Under the pieces are notes generated by a model, which saw only the letters and a list, made by a program, of their open reading frames with translations, was not told the DNA's origin and did not search any database. A stretch of DNA of 63,110 bases, counting the filler, from Licmophora abbreviata (lineage: Eukaryota): the NCBI GenBank assembly GCA_900291995.1. It is 9 parts of 9 records of this genome, joined end to end, with 100 filler letters (N's around TTAATTAATTAA, not from the genome) between each part and the next. Parts side by side here need not be neighbours in the genome. Positions count along the whole stretch, not along the records: positions 53,536 to 59,109 come from OLMU01001072.1; positions 59,210 to 61,496 come from OLMU01001073.1; positions 61,597 to 63,110 come from OLMU01001074.1; 6 more parts are not named here. One strand, 5' to 3'. Positions within the stretch are counted from its first letter, which is position 1, and each line of letters begins with the position of its first letter. Positions 58,517 through 63,110 of this stretch are shown here, in pieces. Made by a program: the position numbers and the translations under genes.

Positions 58517-59443
58517 TCAGTCTGCCTGCAAAACCGCCACGCATTGCCCCGGCAAGTCCGCCATCGTCAATTCCCGGCGCGGTTTCGGCTTGGGGGCGTT
58601 CGGATCAGGCGGCGGCGGGTTGAGGATATTGCTCACCCATTCCTGCGCCTCCGCACATCCATCCCCCGGAGGCGGCGCCTCCTGCTCCACGCAAGATGCT
58701 GAATTCGCAGGACATTTCAGGCGCACATGGAAGTGATAATGATGCCCCCACCAGGGCCGAACCTTGCGCAGCCAGCTTTTGTCGCCGGCCTCGTCCTGAC
58801 ACATCCGCACCTTGGCGCCCGGAAAAACGAAGATTCGGTCCGTCCTGGGATCCTTCGCCGCCGCCTTGATGATCTCATGATGCGCCCGGCTCCAATCCCC
58901 GTTGGTATACGCCCCGTTCGCCCGCCGCATCGAGATCGACGAGATGCTCTCCCGCTCCGCCCGGCTCAAGTTCAACCGATCCGCCGGCCTCATCCAGATA
59001 TCCGCATCCATCCCGATCTGATGACTGCGATGCCCCGTCAACATCGGCCCGCCCCGCGGCTGGCTGATATCGCCGACATAAAGCCCGCTCCAGCCCGGTT
59101 GCGTCGCTGNNNNNNNNNNNNNNNNNNNNNNNNNNNNNNNNNNNNNNNNNNNNTTAATTAATTAANNNNNNNNNNNNNNNNNNNNNNNNNNNNNNNNNNN
59201 NNNNNNNNNGGCAAGTTGCACACCGCCGGCGAGACAGCCCTGGGCATATCCGCCAAATGGTTCGGCCGCCTGGCGTGACCCGTCGGGCGCGTTTCCGAAC
59301 AACTGCTTGGCGTGCACGCCCACCATCGCGGCGGGGATGTTCTGGGTCGAGACGACCTGACGCGGTGTGGCGATGTCCTGTGGCACAGCGTTGCACCCGG
59401 CAAGGATCAGGCCCAAGGCCATCAGTTTCAGGAAGCGATCCAT
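58517..59443 (-). CDS. mepA: Penicillin-insensitive murein endopeptidase (lipoprotein), spans a gap
   Basis: Lipobox LAGC, GGYAQGCLAG, GDISQPRGG, GHRSHQIGMDAD and HHYHFHVR motifs. Confidence 0.9.
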
Positions 59444-60807
59444 GTCTCACTGTCTCCCTTCGGTTGAACCCACCGTAGCAGCACCAGACCGATCAGGAAA
59501 AGAACAATCACCGGAGATACACCGATGCGCGCACTCTCGCTAAGGGCTGTGACGGTTCCGATCAGGGCAGGCGCCAGAAAGGCGGTGGCTCGACCGGACA
59601 GCCCATAAAGTCCAAAGCTTTCGGTCGGGGCCTTTGGGTCGGTGTGGCGCACCATCAGCGACCGGCTTGCCGCTTGTAGGGTCCCGCCAAACCCGCCGAT
59701 CAGAACACCGCAGCCGAAGAAGATGATGTCAGGCAGTCTTGACCCATCGGCCAGCGCGATCCCGAAAAGCTGCTCGCGGTCCATGCCTACCACGATCACG
59801 CAGACCATGATCAGTGCCCAAACCGATGCGATGATCACCGGCTTGGGGCCAAAGGCGCGGTCCGCCTTGCCCCCGATCCAACTGAATACGGCGGCAGCAA
59901 TTGCGCCGATGATCCCGAAAATCCCGATGAAGACGAGCGGCCAGTTCAGAACCAGAGCCGCATATGTCCCGCCAAACCCATAAAGCCCGTTTAGCGCATC
60001 GCGATACATCATCGATGATCCCAGATAGGCCGAGAGGCTGATGCGGCGGCGCAGGGACTTGACCGACTTGACCAGCAGGGCCATCGCGTCGCCGACACCC
60101 TTTCCTTGTGCAGGGGGGCCGACATCCCTGACCCACAGAAAGTAAGGGATCATGAAGATCACGAACCATATCGCCACGAAAGGCCCTACAAAGCGGGTGC
60201 CTTCTTTCTGCGTGGCATCAAGGCCGAAGGCCGGGTCAAGCCCGATCAATGTCTTGCCCGAGGGTTGTTCCACGAACAGCAAAAGCATGATGACCAACGA
60301 CAGCACGCCACCGGCATAGCCAAAGGCGAACCCGGATCCCGACAAGGCGCCCACCTCTTCCTTCGAGCCAAGCGAGGGCAGCTGCGAATTAATGAAGATC
60401 AGCGCATATTCGGCCCCGATGAAGCCGATCCCGAATGCGGTCAGGGCCAGCCACATGTTCGATCCGTCGGGCTGCGTCCACCAAAGCCCGGTCGCCCCGA
60501 TCACGTAAAGCATCGAAAATCCGATGATCCATGGCAACCGGCGGCCTGTCGTATCCGCAAGCGCCCCCATGAAGGGCGCACCGAAGCCGATGATGAGACC
60601 CGTAATCGTCAGGCATAGCGACCACAGGCTTTGCGCCCGGGCATCGGCGGCCTGTTCGTCAAGGCCGGACGCCATGAAGTATTCGGCGGCGGTGGCGGCA
60701 AAGAAAGGGCCGAAGATGAACGTGATCAACAGCGTATGGTAAGGCTGGCTTGCCCAATCGAAAAAGAACCACCCCCAGATACGCTTACGCTTTGAAATAC
60801 CGGTCAT
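59428..60807 (-). CDS. MFS transporter (UMF1/ATG22-like)
   Basis: WFFFDWASQ, GFAFGYAGG, QAASRSL and FGLYGLSGR motifs. Confidence 0.9.
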   Translation of the reverse strand: MTGISKRKRIWGWFFFDWASQPYHTLLITFIFGPFFAATAAEYFMASGLDEQAADARAQSLWSLCLTITGLIIGFGAPFMGALADTTGRRLPWIIGFSMLYVIGATGLWWTQPDGSNMWLALTAFGIGFIGAEYALIFINSQLPSLGSKEEVGALSGSGFAFGYAGGVLSLVIMLLLFVEQPSGKTLIGLDPAFGLDATQKEGTRFVGPFVAIWFVIFMIPYFLWVRDVGPPAQGKGVGDAMALLVKSVKSLRRRISLSAYLGSSMMYRDALNGLYGFGGTYAALVLNWPLVFIGIFGIIGAIAAAVFSWIGGKADRAFGPKPVIIASVWALIMVCVIVVGMDREQLFGIALADGSRLPDIIFFGCGVLIGGFGGTLQAASRSLMVRHTDPKAPTESFGLYGLSGRATAFLAPALIGTVTALSESARIGVSPVIVLFLIGLVLLRWVQPKGDSETWIAS

Positions 60808-60858
60808 GCTCGCCTCGTGTTTGACAAGATATGACAGGCTCCTTGCGGTTCTATCAAG

Positions 60859-61395
60859 CTATTCCTGCGCAGGTGGCCAGGGCCTTTGCGCTTCGGCTGC
60901 GATCCAGGCGCTGACCCACTCGGGCGCTTCCGGCACGGGCGCCTTTTGCCCCATGACCTCGAAAACCCTGTCAGGGGGCACGATCCCGGCCTTGCCGGTC
61001 ACGGCGATCCGCAAAAGGATGTGGTTGGCGCAGTCTCCATCGGGTTTCCACATCGACTGTTCAATATACACGAAGCGGTCATCCCAGAACACCACGCGCG
61101 ATCGCATCGTTATGCGTTCGAACATGCGAATTCGGCGTCGATACCTGACGGATGCGCCCGCCACGGCGAGCCCCCAGCCCTGCGGTTTGATCGCGTCGAT
61201 CAGCCCGATGCGCTGTGCCAAGGGGATACGCCCCAGATCGAACAGGGTCAGGGTCCGCCCGTTGTTCAATTCCATCCACATGTCGATGTCCCAAGGCAGG
61301 CAGATATGGCTCGAGACATGAACACCGGTCGCTGCAAGGGGCGGATCGTTACGGTGCTTGAACATCTGCCAGAACAGGCGTGGGGCTGGATACAT
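60859..61395 (-). CDS. Acyl-CoA thioesterase (hotdog-fold) family protein
   Basis: PWDIDMWMELNNGR...DLGR and VRYRRR motifs. Confidence 0.85.
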   Translation of the reverse strand: MYPAPRLFWQMFKHRNDPPLAATGVHVSSHICLPWDIDMWMELNNGRTLTLFDLGRIPLAQRIGLIDAIKPQGWGLAVAGASVRYRRRIRMFERITMRSRVVFWDDRFVYIEQSMWKPDGDCANHILLRIAVTGKAGIVPPDRVFEVMGQKAPVPEAPEWVSAWIAAEAQRPWPPAQE

Positions 61396-61596
61396 CTGAA
61401 TGTCCTTTCTTGCCGGGTTTTCTGCCCGCGGCGCCGCCGCGTCAACCGCAACCCGGCGTCAGGCTTGCGCTTTGTCGCTGGCGCGCTTAGGTCTTGNNNN
61501 NNNNNNNNNNNNNNNNNNNNNNNNNNNNNNNNNNNNNNNNTTAATTAATTAANNNNNNNNNNNNNNNNNNNNNNNNNNNNNNNNNNNNNNNNNNNN

Positions 61597-61848
61597 GATG
61601 TGCTTTGGTTCTTCATCATTGCGCATGTCGTGATGAGCTGGCTGATAAACTTCCAGGTGCTGAACCTGCATCAGCAATTCGTGGCGCAGATCTGGTACAT
61701 GCTCAACCGCATCCTCGAGCCGATCTATGGCCCGATCCGGCGGATCTTGCCATCCATGTCCGGTATCGATCTGGCGCCGCTCGTGGCCTTGATCGCGGTC
61801 TATGCAATCCGCATCATCTTGATGAACAATGTGGCGGCCTTTTACTGA
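61597..61848 (+). CDS. YggT-family membrane protein (5'-partial at a gap)
   Basis: MSWLINF...EPIYGPIRRILP..GIDLAP motif. Confidence 0.9.
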   Translation, partial: DVLWFFIIAHVVMSWLINFQVLNLHQQFVAQIWYMLNRILEPIYGPIRRILPSMSGIDLAPLVALIAVYAIRIILMNNVAAFY

Positions 61849-61922
61849 CCAGCCTCTTGTTCCGCGATTCCGAGTGTGAAAAAGTCCTGCCAAGAGCAGA
61901 GTTAAAGACAGACAGGACTTTC

Positions 61923-63110
61923 ATGCCGGGCGCGACAACGCTTTTGCGCGACATCTTTGGATTTGATGCGTTCCGCCCCGGGCAGGAAGACATCGTCGAT
62001 GCCGTGGCGCAGGGCGAGAACGTGCTGGCCATCATGCCGACGGGTGGTGGCAAATCCCTTTGTTTCCAACTGCCTGCTCTGATGCGCGAGGGTGTGACGG
62101 TGGTGATTTCACCGCTGATTGCGCTGATGCGGGATCAGGTCCGCGCGCTGCGCGAGGTCGGAGTGGAGGCTGGCGCGCTGACGTCGGGCAACACTGAAGA
62201 GGAAACCTCTGCCGTTTGGGACGCTTTGGACAACGGGCGCCTCAAGCTTCTCTATATCGCGCCGGAACGGCTTGCGGCCGGATCGTCCATGACCATGTTG
62301 CGGCGCATCGGTGTCAGCCTGATTGCCGTGGATGAAGCCCATTGTGTCAGCCAATGGGGTCATGATTTCAGGCCGGATTACCTGCGCATAGGGGAATTGC
62401 GCCGGGCGCTCGACGTGCCGCTGGCCGCCTTTACCGCCACGGCCGATGCCGAAACCCGCGCCGAGATCGTCGTAAAGCTGTTTGATGGTCAACCGCCCCA
62501 AACCTTCCTGCGCGGTTTCGACCGGCCCAATATCCATCTCGCCTTCAGCCCCAAGGACAGCCCGCGCCGGCAGATCATGGATTTCGCCGCGGCGCGCAAA
62601 GGGCAGTCCGGCATCATTTATTGCGGAACGCGGGCCCGCACAGAAAGCCTGTCCAAGGCCTTGTGCGACAGTGGCCACAACGCGTGCCATTATCACGGCG
62701 GCATGGACCCCGAAGGCCGGCGCGAGGTCGAGACCCGGTTCAACACCGATGACGGGTTGATCGTGGTCGCAACGGTGGCCTTCGGGATGGGCGTGGACAA
62801 GCCCGATATCCGTTGGGTGGCCCATGCCGATCTGCCGAAGTCGATCGAAGCCTATTATCAGGAAATCGGCCGTGCAGGTCGTGACGGGGCGCCTGCGGAA
62901 ACCCTGACCTTGTTCGGTCCCGACGATATCCGCCTCCGCCGATCCCAGATCGACGAGGGGCTTGCCCCGCCCGAGCGCCGCATGGCGGATCATGGCAGGC
63001 TGAACGCGCTTCTGGGGCTGGCCGAGGCATTGGAGTGCCGCCGTGCCAATCTCTTGCGCTATTTCGGCGAAGAGGCGACCGCCTGTGGCAATTGCGATCT
63101 TTGCGACACG
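61923..63110 (+). CDS. recQ: ATP-dependent DNA helicase RecQ (3'-partial; absent from the ORF track)
   Basis: FGFDAFRPGQ, MPTGGGKS, DEAHCVSQWGHDFRPDY, ATVAFGMG, YQEIGRAGRDG and Zn-binding Cys motifs. Confidence 0.96.
   Translation, partial: MPGATTLLRDIFGFDAFRPGQEDIVDAVAQGENVLAIMPTGGGKSLCFQLPALMREGVTVVISPLIALMRDQVRALREVGVEAGALTSGNTEEETSAVWDALDNGRLKLLYIAPERLAAGSSMTMLRRIGVSLIAVDEAHCVSQWGHDFRPDYLRIGELRRALDVPLAAFTATADAETRAEIVVKLFDGQPPQTFLRGFDRPNIHLAFSPKDSPRRQIMDFAAARKGQSGIIYCGTRARTESLSKALCDSGHNACHYHGGMDPEGRREVETRFNTDDGLIVVATVAFGMGVDKPDIRWVAHADLPKSIEAYYQEIGRAGRDGAPAETLTLFGPDDIRLRRSQIDEGLAPPERRMADHGRLNALLGLAEALECRRANLLRYFGEEATACGNCDLCDT

Noticed and set aside
18082..59443. Pseudogene calls for pxpA, the ABC ATPase, sthA, soxA and mepA
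   Set aside because: Their interruptions coincide exactly with scaffold gaps and the coding sequence resumes afterwards.

Overview
High-GC draft scaffold that looks like a Rhodobacteraceae/Roseobacter-group chromosome segment. It has eight artificial 100-nt N-gaps, each carrying a TTAATTAATTAA linker. Most of the window is housekeeping or metabolic: deoC-ALDH, a fused 5-oxoprolinase, moaED-pgsA-uvrC, smpB, sseA, an aromatic aminotransferase, mbfA, fghA, sthA, zapE, soxBDAG, pncB, arfB, mepA and recQ. Three accessory zones stand out. (1) About 11.3-12.9 kb: MITE/REP-like repeats next to a lower-GC gene that appears to fuse a phage tail-fibre-assembly-like N-terminal domain to an MtlR/DUF4145-type HEPN domain (RNQAAH). 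This is a candidate single-gene anti-phage sensor-RNase. (2) About 13.2-21.55 kb: a LysR-DUF1445-TRAP-pxpABC-DUF2848 cassette bracketed by a 76-bp imperfect direct repeat. (3) About 56.6-57.7 kb: a PBECR/RelE-like nuclease gene followed directly by a highly structured, pseudoknotted ~130-nt RNA-like element (candidate protein toxin/RNA antitoxin), plus an orphan ParD antitoxin. Also notable are a DnaA-box/CtrA/IHF-like AT-rich region upstream of uvrC (candidate oriC), an 18-codon sORF upstream of arfB whose Shine-Dalgarno matches the 16S 3' end at 16/17 nt, and an unlisted 56-aa Cys-rich membrane protein. All family assignments come from motif recognition by eye; no database searches were run.
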